Positions 41,017 through 53,981 are shown, numbered from the whole stretch's first letter. The stretch: 60,415 bases of DNA, filler included, from Sphacelaria rigidula (GCA_964200075.2; 10 parts of 10 records of this genome joined end to end with filler, not necessarily neighbours in it), one strand, 5' to 3'. The notes: generated from the letters alone by a model not told the origin. A program made the numbers and translations.

Positions 41017-41320
41017 ATAACGCTTTTGTGAGATTAAGAGTAAAGCGCCGATTGAGAGTGGCTTTGATCGTTCTCTTTAACTTGGCCAATTTTTCATTCC
41101 GTGTGTGCATTTCTTTGCCCCCATCACTGGCGTGTGCTTATAGCTATACGTCGATATCCTACTCAGGAATATCAAGGTCCTCAGAGGCAGGTTACTACGG
41201 GAAGCATATTGGGCCTCGTGGAGGTGCATTTTGGAACTTAAACGATTCATACACAAATTGACCGCTTTTCATTCTCAATCGTATCCTCTACTACTCTCAA
41301 TCTCACGAAAAGATTGTTAT
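41017..41320. mobile_element. ~300-bp MITE; reverse copy at 57735-58034, fragment at 42363-42415
   Basis: Subterminal inverted GTGAGATT(A/G)AGAGTA / TACTCTCAATCTCAC; full-length alignment between contigs 7 and 10. Confidence 0.8.
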
Positions 41321-41419
41321 AGGTATCCTGTTCACTGGGACACATGCAAAGTCTTGACACTTGATGAACAGTCTAACTACATCAAAGGTGAACCCCGGGA
41401 ACTCATTGCTCCCGCGAAC

Positions 41420-41455
41420 AAACACACACACACACGCACACACACACACACACAC

Positions 41456-41548
<93 letters not shown>
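41420..41548 (+). repeat. (CA)n microsatellite
   Basis: Direct reading. Confidence 0.98.
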
Positions 41549-41551
<3 letters not shown>

Positions 41552-41629
41552 TGGACCGTGGCTGCTCATCACCTGAGCTGTGTATGATCTTGCATAAATC
41601 TGTTCAGAATTCAGTGAGAAACGATGACT

Positions 41630-42262
41630 TGTGTAAGACGCGCGAGGGGCGACGGTGATTGCGTGCGTGCGTTGCGTAGCGGCACCGATCATACTTCGAA
41701 GAAAACAATTAGCTGCTCATCAGCTGAGCACACTACAGATCCCAAGTCATCATCCAATCATCACCATATATATACTCAACGTGAAGGCGTGACTTCGCCA
41801 CAGCACCCCCAAAGCGCGTTGGACGAGAATCGAACAACAAGCTTGACACTCAGAAAAATAACGCCACAACGATTGAGCAAGTCACAACTGAATCCCAAAC
41901 TCACGGGTAATGCGAGCAACAATGCAACGAGTCACGCGCACCTTACGCAACTCCTTCGTGAGAAATTCCGGAGCTGCCTCAAAAATATTTTTATAAGGCT
42001 CCCGCGTACGCCCCTCGACTTCAAAACCTACCCAGTCGACCAATACGATCAACGAACGATCCTCTGCCTCTGCCACGCGAACAATCCCAGCCATCTGAAA
42101 TTTCCGCTGGTTGAAAGCGTGCTGGAACACATCCTTTACATCTGCCGAAACAGTAAGCTGCGAGTCTGCACAAAAACGCAGACGAGCTACATGAGCGGTC
42201 TAAACACGACCCGAAACAATGTTTTGGATCTCAAAGACATGCGGGTGATGAGCACCAACCAC
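41630..42262 (-). mobile_element. 3' end of a gypsy element: integrase C-terminus with chromo-like domain (41882-42262, in-frame stop), G-rich PPT, putative short 3' LTR 41630-41802
   Basis: HVFEIQNIVSGRV*TAHVARLRF.AD and VLVDWVGFEVEGRTREP..IFEAAPEF; GGGGGTGC is followed by TGTGG...ACACA. Confidence 0.65.
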
Positions 42263-43014
42263 NNNNNNNNNNNNNNNNNNNNNNNNNNNNNNNNNNNNNN
42301 NNNNNNTTAATTAATTAANNNNNNNNNNNNNNNNNNNNNNNNNNNNNNNNNNNNNNNNNNNNCGCTTTTCACTCTCAATCGTATCATCTACTCTCAATCT
42401 CACGAAAACACTGTTGGGTGGGAGCTGGGCAGCGCTTCTGAAGAGCGAGGAACAAATGAAATCGTACGGTCGAATGGAACTATCCGCAGTACCAAGCTGC
42501 GTGGAATATATGAAATCCCCGCCTAATATCTCGTTCAGTCAGGTTGCTGGTCATTTCTCCCGGCAAAATTTACTGTGGACCCTCCCAGACGACGAACCGA
42601 GTCGACTAGAATGGAGAGGAGCATTCACTGCTGCAAAATTCGGGATGCGAGACGACTTTCGAGAGTTTGGATATACTCTGTCTGACTTACGGGAATCGTC
42701 GCGATTGCAAACCTATTGTGGTATCGTGAAACACAAAACCGTGTCTGGGGTCACTGCGAACTGCGAACCTCGTCCTACAGGGTTGTGTCTGTTGTACTTC
42801 TAGCGCTGCTGTAAAGTCCGCCATTCAGTTGACACCTCGTGCCGTGTCTAATCACAGGGAACGTTCTTGTTGACAAAGAGTTGCAAGACCTTCGCCCATA
42901 CGGCAAAAGAGAGCGCAGTGCCCAGGTGACGTCCAGCGGCGCAACCTCGTTATTTGAAATCACCATTTTTTATACTACGAATAGAGAGCAACTACGCAGC
43001 ACGGCAGGGCAGGC

Positions 43015-43151
43015 ATGGGTCGACTCGTGCGCATAGAGGTGGATAACTTCAAATCCTATCATGGTGCACAGCCTATTGGGCCTTTCAAGAACTTCACGGC
43101 AGTCATTGGCCCTAATGGTGCGGGAAAGTCTAACCTTATGGACGCGATCAG
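43015..43151 (+). CDS. SMC1: SMC1 cohesin ATPase, first coding exon
   Basis: [46 protein letters not shown] (Walker A), followed by a GT donor. Confidence 0.92.
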
Positions 43152-43521
43152 GTGTGTATTTATGTAGGTGGCCTTTGGCTACACCATCGGCTTCAAATTT
43201 GAAAATGTGCTTGTACATGTATTTTTTGTCTAGTCGTACACAGTTAGAGTCAGTACCATACTGTATAGAGGTGAAGGACTCCTGGATTTCAAATTTGCGC
43301 GGTGCGGTAAGACGGTCGCAAACTCTGCAGTTGTCCGTATTACTGCCCAGTCTTTCGTACTGCTGTTGTGCTGTGTTGGGTTTCCCTCTGTACTGTTGCG
43401 TTATTTGTATTTATTGCGGCCACTGGATGTTGAGCGTTTCCGTGTGATTCCCGTACGACAAGTCAGTCGTGGTTAGTACAGTACGAGCTGGGCCAGGCGA
43501 GAAGCGATTCTGTAGTTTGCA

Positions 43522-43800
43522 GGCCCGTTATACGGCCAATATTTAGAGGTGGACCCTGAAATTTGGTATGGACAATGAATAGGGCATAATAAAAAAAAAC
43601 ACCAGTGCACACAAGTTTTTTTTTTCTTTTCCATGAGTCAGGGGCATTTTACCGATATCTGAAAACTGATTATTGCCCTTAACTCATGAAAAAAAAGATG
43701 TGTCCAGTCTTGGTCCACTGGTATATTTTTTATTATGTCCTTTTCATTGTCCATACCAAATTTCAGGGTCCAACTCTAAGTATTGGCCATTAAATGGCTC
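43522..43800. mobile_element. Foldback MITE
   Basis: GGACCCTGAAATTTGGTATGGACAATGAA / TTCATTGTCCATACCAAATTTCAGGGTCC. Confidence 0.8.
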
Positions 43801-45164
43801 GTTTAGTGACGGGGTCAGAAGAAATTCGGAACAGTATTTTGCAGGCCACTTACCGGCCCACGTTTGGTGTTTGTGTATTGAAACTCTGTGTGGGTCGTGG
43901 CTAGGGCATACTTGACGAAACGAAGGAGGTCAGGTTGATTTTTCTTACTTCTTCACTGGTTTAGGGCGTTTTACAATGGAAACCGCCATTGTTTCACGAG
44001 AACCCCCGAACCTCTCCCCTCCGTCTCGAAAGGGATGACTAAGGCAAGCAACAAATGAGTACGCCCCACCCCCCCCAAAAAAAACTGAGAGCCCATTTTT
44101 TTTGTCTTCAGCATACCTCTGTCGTTCTTCATCCTGAGCTTCAAATTAGACTTCAATTTTTTAGAAAAAAAAATTGAGATAAGGCCCAAAAGCAGTGTGC
44201 ATATCTCCTCAAAACTGCCCCCAAACCCCGAAAAAAATGAAAAAAAAAACGAAAATACTGAAAAAGCTGTGTTTATAAGCTTTATTATGCACTACCGGTT
44301 CTCCATACGAAATTTTGTAGCATAACTCTCAAAAACTGAGACGTGATATCCAGGTTTAGCTAATCTAGCGCATCTGCTCGTAATATAATGATTTTAGTAT
44401 AGAAACTTATGTGCGCCATATCTCGAGATAGATCACGAATGAGATGAAGGTGAGGGTATCTACTGTCTCCACGTGCTCAAGGGAATGTCCACACCAAAAT
44501 TCGTCGTCATCCGCTAAATGCATCGATCGGGGGTTTCATAGAAATTTTAGTATAGACGCTATCTCCCCTAGGTATAGGAATTACTAGCCATGGGGTTTAA
44601 TCGACGAGAAAATATGGGCCCAAAAATTTGAGCAGATGGGCACCTTCCCCTTGGTTAGACGATTAATACAAGATGTGGATCATGGCCCAACTCGTCGGTG
44701 TCGACGAGATATTGCTTTTAGAGCTTAAATCCGTGTCTAGGTTGGCCCAGCTTTTCGTAGGTTGCCCTAAATGAAGTATGGTATATTGATCGATGGATTG
44801 TCGCATATTAGCTGCTCCGAGGGAACAGCTGTGGTCTATGAGGTAGACGTACACCCAAGGTAAACGAAACGGAAACGCTCGCCGAATGAAAATGTAGAAA
44901 CTAGTACGGTAGAGTAAACAAACAGAAGAGTTAACTGGGAACAAACAAACGAAACAAAGACAACAGAAGAATTAGCTAGAAATGGCTTCAGGTCGAAGGA
45001 TAGACGTATTGCGTGCAAAATCACATACTCTCATCCCCAAACGAAAACAAGAAGGTCGTGCAATTTGCGGTAAAAAAAAAAAAAGGTAAAATATATTCGG
45101 ATTTTCGCGTACGAGGGTCATCATATAAAATATCAGCTCAGAGCACCGCAAAGTAGGTATACCG

Positions 45165-46076
45165 TAAAAGTGCGAGAGATGGCACCAGTCGGGAAGATGG
45201 CACCGGTCGGGGAGCTGGCACGGGGGTGCGCAAAAAAAGTGGAAATGGCATGATTTGATTGTATTTTCGCACCGGGGGCGGTAAGATCGCACCGGGGTGT
45301 GATCTTACCGACCCGGAACCCAACTTTGAGGGTTCCGCGGGTGGAACAGGGCCGCTCATGAGCTGCTGCATGTACACGCATAGGTACATTTCACGTGTGT
45401 AGTGTTGTCAACATGTTGTCGGGACAACACTACTTTGCGTATGGTCACGGTTCAAGCAGGATGATGTCTGTTATTTTCATTTAATCCGCATGGAAAATCG
45501 CTCATTCCGTCCGAACAAAGTACGGTACACACCCAAATGAAGCAGCCAACATTTTTTTACCTTCCCGCCATATCCAGACTAGCACTGAACACCTACCGGT
45601 ATACAGCAGATGGCCTTTGTGCTATGGTGATCTACGGCAAGCTAGTGTGAGCTACTACCTCCCAGACCCCGTTCCCGTGATCCTTTCGAGCCAGCAACAA
45701 AGGCACCTAGATACCAATGATGCGCCCACCGCACAAACGAAAGAACGCTGCTCTCTATGGATGATCTTCTATATTCTCAACTAGCGATATTTCACAACTC
45801 AATGCCTCCTTCCTCGTCCCCATCCCCCGACACGCCCAAGTATGTAGGCCACGGTTTGCATCTGTTTGGGCATCGCACCGGTCGGAGAGATGGCACCGGA
45901 GTGCGTTGAATAATCCAGAAATAATGATTTGATTACATTTTGGCACCGGGGTCGGGGAGATGGCACCGGTCGGGGAGATGGCACCGGTCGGGGAGATGGC
46001 ACCGGGATGCGAAAAAAATCTGAGAAAAAAACATTTGAAAAATCGATCGCACCCGGTGCCATCTCTCGCACTTTGA
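45165..46076. repeat. Two clusters of GATGGCACCGGTCGGGGA 18-mer units (45170-45300, 45875-46010) with inverted outer ends
   Basis: Tandem 18-mers; AAAGTGCGAGAGATGGCACC / GGTGCCATCTCTCGCACTTT. Confidence 0.7.
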
Positions 46077-47273
46077 CGGTAATCCACATGAGCCAGGAGC
46101 TCCTTGGGAAGGACCTAAGGCCCAACACGCGGCATATCTAAAAAGTCATGTTTAAGACTGGGTCGTCGGCGCAAGTTGCAGGCTGAAAAAGTGATGATGT
46201 CCCGCGTTCGGTGGTGTGCATGGTGTTGGTCGGTACGGGTGCCTTGCGGGCCCCATGGTACGTCACCACGCCTAAGGTGTGATATATGGAGTGTTCAATC
46301 CGTCTGAAGAAGAAGCATCTCACTTGCTTTCAGCATGAATGAGAACGGCATGGTCGTTTGCATGCATGCCTGGCGGCGCAGCTGGTATGCGGCGTAACGA
46401 GAGCATGACCGAATCTAGGATTTTGCTTTTTCAGCGTTTTCTCCCCCCAGAAATATGCGTCTCGTTCAAAAGGGGTTATTTTGAAGCGGAAACCCCGCCG
46501 AGGCGTTACAATTACTCAGTGTTAGTGTAGAAGGCCGAAGAACAAGAACCCATCATTTATGCGAATTATATGCGCGCATAAAAAGCAAAAGCCTGAGCGA
46601 AATCGTTTTTATTTGGATACGTTCCTACACGGTAAACTTCCAATTTTCAGAGCAACTGTCGCTATGGATTTCTCGCTTGCGACTTCGCGTTCCCTCATAA
46701 AACTTTGCGCACGAGTCGGACACAACACAGGCAACATATGCGCCAAGCGCCCGCACGATTAGGCCCCACATAAATTACCAACATGGCCACAAGCAATCTC
46801 GGGGAATGCCGTCGATGTGCCCTCAAAGTGGCTATCCCTCAGTCCAGACTTCGTGCACTAGGGATGAATGCATAGATACACCCGCAGGTCCACTAACTTC
46901 GACATCTTGAGCGGCTGGGCGGCCGGTATTGCAGCAAACTGACATCGGTCTGTACTGCGGCCCTTTCTGGATCATGACCATCGGTAGTGTACCGATCGGC
47001 ATATTGTCTGCAGAGGTGCGCACTTCATGACGCACGGCCCTACGCGCGCTGTAGACACCGAAAGGTGCTGTAACTTCAGTCATATGTTAGAAGAACCACA
47101 GTCAACAGTTCCACATCATCATCTCTCGTGCTGCGCGTTGCAGCAGTGCGCACTAGGAGGAAAGTCGGTCAAATTATGTTCCGATTTTTCTTTTTTGGCG
47201 TAACATGGCGTGGTAAAACCCGAACGTTTGAAATAGGGCAAACACTTCACACGTTGGACAGATCAGTTTCCTG

Positions 47274-47812
47274 TAGCTCGAGCTAGCTCGTTTTTAGCGT
47301 AGGTCCCTGCTGGGCTATGAGAGCTATATGAGCTACGCATGTTTGCCCTGGGTGAGCTACTAGCCTGTAGCTCATGGGCGCATATTTGCCCTGGGTGAGC
47401 TGTGAGAGCTGCATGAGCTGCGCATGTTTGCCGCAGGTTAGTTACCAACTCATAGCTCATTAGCACATGCTTGCCCTGGGTGATTTACCAACTTGTAGCT
47501 CCCCGGCGCATATTCGCCCTGGGTGAGCTACCAACCCGTATCTCATCAGGATATATTCGCCCTGGGCAAGCTATGAAAGCTAGATGAGCTACGCATGCTT
47601 ACCCTGGGTGAGCTATCAACCCGTAGCTCGTCAGCGCATATTCGCCCTGTGTGAGCTATAAGAGCTTCATCAACTACGTGTGTTTGCTCTGAGCTGCCAA
47701 CCCGTAGCTCATCAATGCATATTCGCGCTGGGTGAGCTATCGGGCGCAGCTCATATGTACTTGGTTAACTACAAGTGAGCTAGAGGCCGCAGATGAGCTA
47801 GCTCACGAGCTG
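47274..47812 (+). repeat. Degenerate minisatellite array with core GCCCTGGGTGAGCTA
   Basis: About ten imperfect units rich in AGCT. Confidence 0.8.
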
Positions 47813-49929
47813 TCCGAAGTGTGAAATACTTCATTCGAACGGTGGCATATAAGATGCCGAGTATAATTTTTACGTTACACAAAGGTTTCGGCGGCATACG
47901 CCGCGATGCTCAAAAGATTGAGTGCCCAGATAGATGAGAATTGGCCGTAATATGCTATCGAATTTCCCCTGGTTCGCCTCCCAAATATCCGCTGTTGACA
48001 TTACTTGATTTGAATATAAGTACTGATCTTTGAGTCTTTGGTGGTGCTGACAGTCCCGAGTGCTCCTCACGTTCGCAGAACGCGTTTTTGTCCATATTGG
48101 CGCCGCAGACACATGACAGGAGGAGGTCTGTACCTTTCTACCAGACCACGGACTCGTCCCGAGCAAGGGGGGGGGTTCAAAGTGCGACAAATGAATTGAA
48201 AAGAAAGAACGTAATTCACCCGCAGGGTGGACTACACGGATGATATCCCCCCCCCTACTATAACACAGCCCGGTCATAGACATGAAATAGAGCAGCTAAC
48301 CCTCCTTTTTCTTNNNNNNNNNNNNNNNNNNNNNNNNNNNNNNNNNNNNNNNNNNNNTTAATTAATTAANNNNNNNNNNNNNNNNNNNNNNNNNNNNNNN
48401 NNNNNNNNNNNNNAGTCGATAAAATGCGCTGAAGAAGTATCTACGCGATCGAGGGGCATTAGGCCGACAAGAAAGTCATTGGGCACCATCGCTGAAAGCG
48501 TGGAGAAAGTACTGTTTTGAGCTCGAATCTCATTTCATTGATGAACCCCATTTTATAGAATCCTCCGTTTTGTGCTACGTTGGGTCAACGCACATCGCAC
48601 GCCAGTCTCGCCTTGCTGTGTTTTGTTTTGTGTATTTTTGTGGCATATCACCTATACGTTGCAAGGCGGAACGCTCTAACTGCACAACGTACATTTCTTG
48701 GTGATTCAGAACCGCACGATCACGCACCCAGCCATCCCTGGTTCGCGTATTTGGTCTTGTTGCCCCCTCCCTTCAGGCAAGAGTGTCTTCTACTACAGGT
48801 TTGTTATAGAGCACCAGTGCACAAGGCGCACTGTTGCTCATAGCCCGTTGCTGTCCCTGACCTAAGCTCCTTGCCAAGTCAGCAATATGCTGCTCTCATA
48901 TTTTAGTATCGGTTGTACGCGACTGTTGTATCTTTTCTTCACGAAATCATTGAACCGTACAACCCGTGCTCCCAGAGAAGTGATCACAGACATCTGTTCA
49001 CGCGAGTTGTACCCGTTCCGGCACTTTAGCTTCGTTGCTTGTAGCTTTTTTGTTGCTTTTCTCTTCTGATGTACTTCGCACAGCTATAGAGCAGCGCTGT
49101 ACATCACCGTGGTAAATAACAATACACCTCACAACGGACTGCGAGGTTTTTCTCATTGACCCCCTCTCGAACAAATAATGATCAGTGGTTCCGAGACGGT
49201 TTCGTCGCGATAATACTCGTTTAAAACATTCCAAGCCTACGTTACGTGCTCACTTGGAGCAGACAGCACTCGAAACCAGTGCTCCTTGCCGTGCACCACA
49301 TTTTTTCGGCACCCGCCCTCAGCGTTGCCCCTACTGTGCACAACTTTACCTTTGTTTCACAAGCTTTCGCCCTGCATTACGCAGTCCGATCTCGCGGTCT
49401 ACATCCCAAGCTTTGTAAAAGCTTTTGTGCTGCCCGAAGCTGCACGATTTTGGTGCTCATCTAATTTTTTTCATTGAACACCGCCAGTCGTTTCTCAGCT
49501 TGTGCCGGGACAATACAGTTATAGTCTGCCCGTGACGCCAAACCCGGAACACGTGTGAGTTGTACGACTTTCACGTGCCAATGCTGCTACAGACAATTGT
49601 ATGTTCGCTTTTCTTCGACGCCATACGTCTATTCTGCGCGCAATCCCGAGCTCGGTTGATAGCTATCACCCTCACAACTTAGATAAGTTGTATTAACCAG
49701 ACCCCGGACATAGTTGTTACATACAGCAATTCGCTTGAATAAAAATACTCGAGTAAATCAGGTCCCAAGGCTCCCCCAGGCGCTGCAAGGCTTCATTATC
49801 CCGTAATTCCGGATGCGAGCTTCGTCCGTTGCACGTAGCATACCTTGGTGTAACGCTCCTTTGATGAGAGCCCGCAGACCAGACACACTGCCCCTGCCTT
49901 TTTAAGCACACAAGTTGCGTACGATTATC

Positions 49930-51586
49930 ATGTCACACAGAAATAACGCTGGCTCTTCCCCTCAATCGGGAAACCAATCGCTTCGTCGGACACGGATTCA
50001 AACCACTGGCGGTTCGAAATCTTCTAATATGAGCGTCATGTCACCTTCAACTTATCGCGGCACGTATGCGAGCACTGTTCGATCGTCGGGATCTGAAGAC
50101 CAACCTTCGACCGATGCTCGTTCTTCGAGGTTTGAAGACAAGACTATGAAGCCGCGACCTGTTCTCTCACGTTCCGACTCGGACTCAGGGAACCGACTTG
50201 TGCTACCGGCTGAGTCATTGGTTCCTGACGGACATGTCAGTGAACTCATAGCGGTGGATTCCGTAGCGCCCGCCTCGCTGCGTCCTGTTCTTCCGAATCC
50301 CAATGTGGAATCCGAAGTCAGGATTGTGCCCCCAGCTGAGTCGTTGCCCCTGGACACACGTGTCCAGCTTGGCCCTGTAACGGTTGCTTCAACCGTGGCA
50401 CCCCCTCGAATGACGGCTGACAATTCTCGAGACTATTCTGTCCCGACGATGCATATCGCTTCTGGAGCAAGAGACTTTGTCACGCGGAATGTTTTACCCC
50501 GTCGCATGACGGCTGACAACTCTCGAGACGATTTTGTCCCGACGAAGCGTATCGCTTCTGGAGCAAAAGACTCTGTCACGCGCACTGCTTCCGTTACGGA
50601 CCCCACTCGCACGACTCTCGATAGTCCCGTGCGCCCTACTGCGCAGTCCAATGTCTGACCCGTAGTTGCGGCCATGCATGCTGCCATGCAAACTCTGCAT
50701 CGCACTTCATCGGCGTCGTCGCACTCGCCAGCTTCAGCTCTCATCGAGGCATTTACGGTTTTCGGCCAGGCCATGCTCCAAGATCAATCGGCATCTGCTC
50801 ACATGCAATTCAATGATAATTCTGCATCTGCCACGCCCAAACCCGTACGTTTGGCGCCCCGGTCGGCGACATCGCGTCCTCCGTTCGTCACTAATCAAAC
50901 GTTCAACGAACATGAGTCCAGCCCCTCCTCAACGTCAAACCAGAGTCTTACTCGCGCTTCTGACCGGCGCCGCACACCGACACTTGGTCACGACCACGTC
51001 TCCCGTTATGGCAGTTCTAAGGGAAACTCCCAGCAAAGCTTGAATTCATCGCGCGTTTTTACACGCCCGAAGAACGTCGCTCATGGTCGCAAATATGACG
51101 GTAATTCACGCCACAGTTTCAATTGATCGCGCGCTCCAAAGCGCCCGGTGAATGCCAACCGTGAACGTACTCACGAGGATGATTCGCTGGACAGATCAAG
51201 TTCTTCGCGCGTCCACACGCGCTCGAAAAACACCGATCATGCACCCGCGCGCACTTCTCCTGCTCCGCATTTGTCACGCCGCCGTCATGTACGCAATGAT
51301 GACACTGTACATGCTCATGATATCCAAAACATATTTTCGGACATGTCACCCGCTATGGAATCCTCACTTGAAGGGTTCGGCCGGACCTCATCGCAAAACC
51401 GACGACCCCGCACTGACCGCGAACCACCGTCCTGCTCCGATGCTGCGACTATTTCCTCTCTTCAACAACGATTGACAGAACTTGAGCACCAACTCTCACA
51501 ATGGACACCACAAGAGCCACTGCCGCTGCCGCCAAGAGCACCACGGAGCCCTCTGGCGTTCCTGCAGCAACTACTGCCGCAACACC
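49930..51586 (+). pseudogene. Decayed Ser/Arg/Pro-rich ORF (~550 codons, possibly retroelement gag/ORF1-like)
   Basis: ORFs 49915-50658, 50674-51126 and 51148-51609 share one frame, separated by single TGA stops; no introns; truncated by an insertion at 51587. Confidence 0.5.
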
Positions 51587-52001
51587 TAACAGAGGATTCT
51601 ATAAAATGAGGTTCATCAATGAAATGAGATTCGAGCTCAAAACAGTACTTTCTCCACGCTTTCAGCGATGGTGCTCATTGACTTTCTTGTCGGCCTAATG
51701 CCCCTCGATCGCGTAGATACTTCTTTAGCGCATTTTATCGACTCTGTGAGCTTACAGCGCTGTCCGAAACCGCCATTTCTACTTATTTTTTAGGGGGTGA
51801 TATCAGGGAAAACAGCAGTTTCAGTCAGCGCTGTGAGCTCACAGAGTCGATAAAATGCGCTGAAAAGGTATTTAGGCGATTGAGGGGCATTAGGCCGACA
51901 AAAAAGTAATTGGGCACCATCACTGAAAGTGTGGAAAAAGTACTGTTTTGGGCTCGAACCTCATTTCATTGATGAACCTCATTTTATAGAATCCTCTGTT
52001 A
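51587..52001. mobile_element. Foldback element with ~175-bp TIRs; another right arm at 48414-48569
   Basis: TAACAGAGGATTCTATAAAATGAGGTTCATCAATGAAATGAG ... CTCATTTCATTGATGAACCTCATTTTATAGAATCCTCTGTTA. Confidence 0.88.
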
Positions 52002-53416
52002 ATGGCTATTGATATATACATCCCACAATCTATCGCGGGTACACGATTTCCATCGCTGGCGAGTGATCTTTATATATTGTAATAATTGTCATAGGCTATC
52101 GATCGACTATTGCAACATCTATTGCCCCTTGCAATACATATCAGTAGATATCTTTTACCATCTACCGTGTTTGATGATATACATCGATAGGTTTTCCCCC
52201 GCGTCTATCACTGAAGCAAGGGACTACTGTTGTGTACATTGTCCAGAGTGTGGTAGGTTTCGGGATGAGTGTGCGTAAATTTTGCCATTCCACCGAGCGC
52301 CAACAGGTTTCAGGATACAGGCAGTATGTGTCCTGTACCATCCGGTACTATTCGGAACAAGATATCCGAACCCGATCCCAGGTTGAGGGCTCACGACTGC
52401 AAAGATACACCCACCGGAAAACGAGAGTTGGTGTGAGATGTTCGTAGGCAGCAGTAGCATCCTGCGTACCCGAGCAGCACCGTAGAGGAAGTGCGCAGAA
52501 CGGCTCATGCAGCGTCCTCGTACAATAAATCCGCGACAACTGTAGTCTGTCAGAGTCTCCCGCACGGAAGCGCCGTCTGAAGTCTCATTGCTACAGGTGG
52601 TGGAAAGCAAATGCCAAAATACGTCATGTCCTCTGTTGGGGGACGAATTGCGGGGCAGTAGATCATAGTGTACCACCTTATTTCGAGACAGCAGACTAGG
52701 TTGATCATCTTTGAACCCAGCGAATTCATCTCCATCGGTACGCTGGCCGCTGGCACGAGCATGAATGATCTCATCTGCCGACTCGATACCATCATGAGGG
52801 AGAGATAGTGGCGCGTGGGCCCTGAGGGCGAGAGAGACGGAAAGCTGTGGGTGGCGCTACTACAGGCGTCCGCAGAGAGGTTGTACGGCACGGGTGGCGG
52901 CTGGCACATCTGATCTGAATTTTGAAGCGCTCTCAGAATATGATACGACATGAATGGAATAAACGACTTAAGTACAGTGTGAATCGGGTTGTGATCGCAC
53001 GTTTTGTCGCCTTGTGTAACCGTTGTGAACTCGCTCAGTTGCTCGGACATGCGTTTTGCAAACCGTTGAGTGATGTACGCCTGCTGTTCAACTTGTCGAT
53101 ACGGTAGCCTATGGACGCTCATAAATGCGGATACCGCGTACGAGTAGCCACACGTGTGTGGTCTACCATAGCGGAGGGCGGGGTGATAAACGGTGGTATA
53201 CTATCCTTTGAAGGCTTCGTCATCATGCCCGATCCCAAAGCGGCGCAGCGGACAGCGACAGCGGCCATGTTGATCATGTGTACTTTAACTTATCACGAAC
53301 AGTTGGGATAGAGAAATGCTATATACCAGTCGCGACGTGTATGTACGGTACAAGTTGCGACCGGTGAAGGTAAATGTTCCAATTAAGGTACGCTTATGAA
53401 AATCGACCATCCCCTG

Positions 53417-53981
53417 GTGTTTGACAACGTCGTCCTCGACGAGAACCATATTTTTTTCACCCCTTGAAATATGGTTCGACGATAATGTCCGAAAACTTGG
53501 TATTCATGGGTTACCCTCAGGGTACAATACTCCATGACGCGCGTTGAGTAATATCCCCTAATCACTCATTTTTCATCAGAAATCGATAACGACTACGAGA
53601 ATGGAACACCTGAGACGTTTCAGATATTGTCCTTTGGCATGAATGTTTATGAGAATAGTGCGGTACGTTTTTCAGAAAAAAACAATTATCAGGGGATAAA
53701 AATCGCCTATGCCTAAGTTTCAGGAAGAGATCTGGTCATCAAGTCTGTGTTTGACAACGCCGTACTCGACAAAAACATTTTTACTCATTTTTTCCTTTTT
53801 GAATCTATCGAACTAGGTCTTGACAGTGATCTACTAAATTTGATGTTTATTGGTGACGGTTAAGGTACTATAACGCACGTTGAGTGATGCCCCCTATGAA
53901 TAGTCACTCATTTTTTACCATAAATCGATAATGACAACAAAAATAGAACACCTGGGACGTTCCCGATATTTTCCTCTGGCA
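53417..53981 (+). repeat. Diverged tandem duplication, period ~330 bp
   Basis: GTGTTTGACAACG..CTCGAC and TCACTCATTTTT..AAATCGATAA..GAACACCTG each occur twice. Confidence 0.75.

Noticed and set aside
18157..43151. Apparent chromosome-segregation gene cluster (ROD, Zwilch, SMC1)
   Set aside because: The genes are on separate contigs joined artificially by size order; adjacency is not evidence of linkage.
47274..47812. CRISPR-like array (also the 18-mers at 45.9 kb)
   Set aside because: Degenerate units, no unique spacers, no cas genes, eukaryotic context.
50656..51126. TGA recoding (selenocysteine or alternative genetic code)
   Set aside because: TGA terminates other genes here (15086, 26228); low-complexity context with no redox motif; decay is simpler.
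52470..53268. Possible 5' exons of a minus-strand gene (MAAVAVRCAALGSG...; AHAPLSLPHDGIESADE...)
   Set aside because: The first two segments are phase-compatible, but I could not join a third or recognise a family; insufficient support without RNA-seq.
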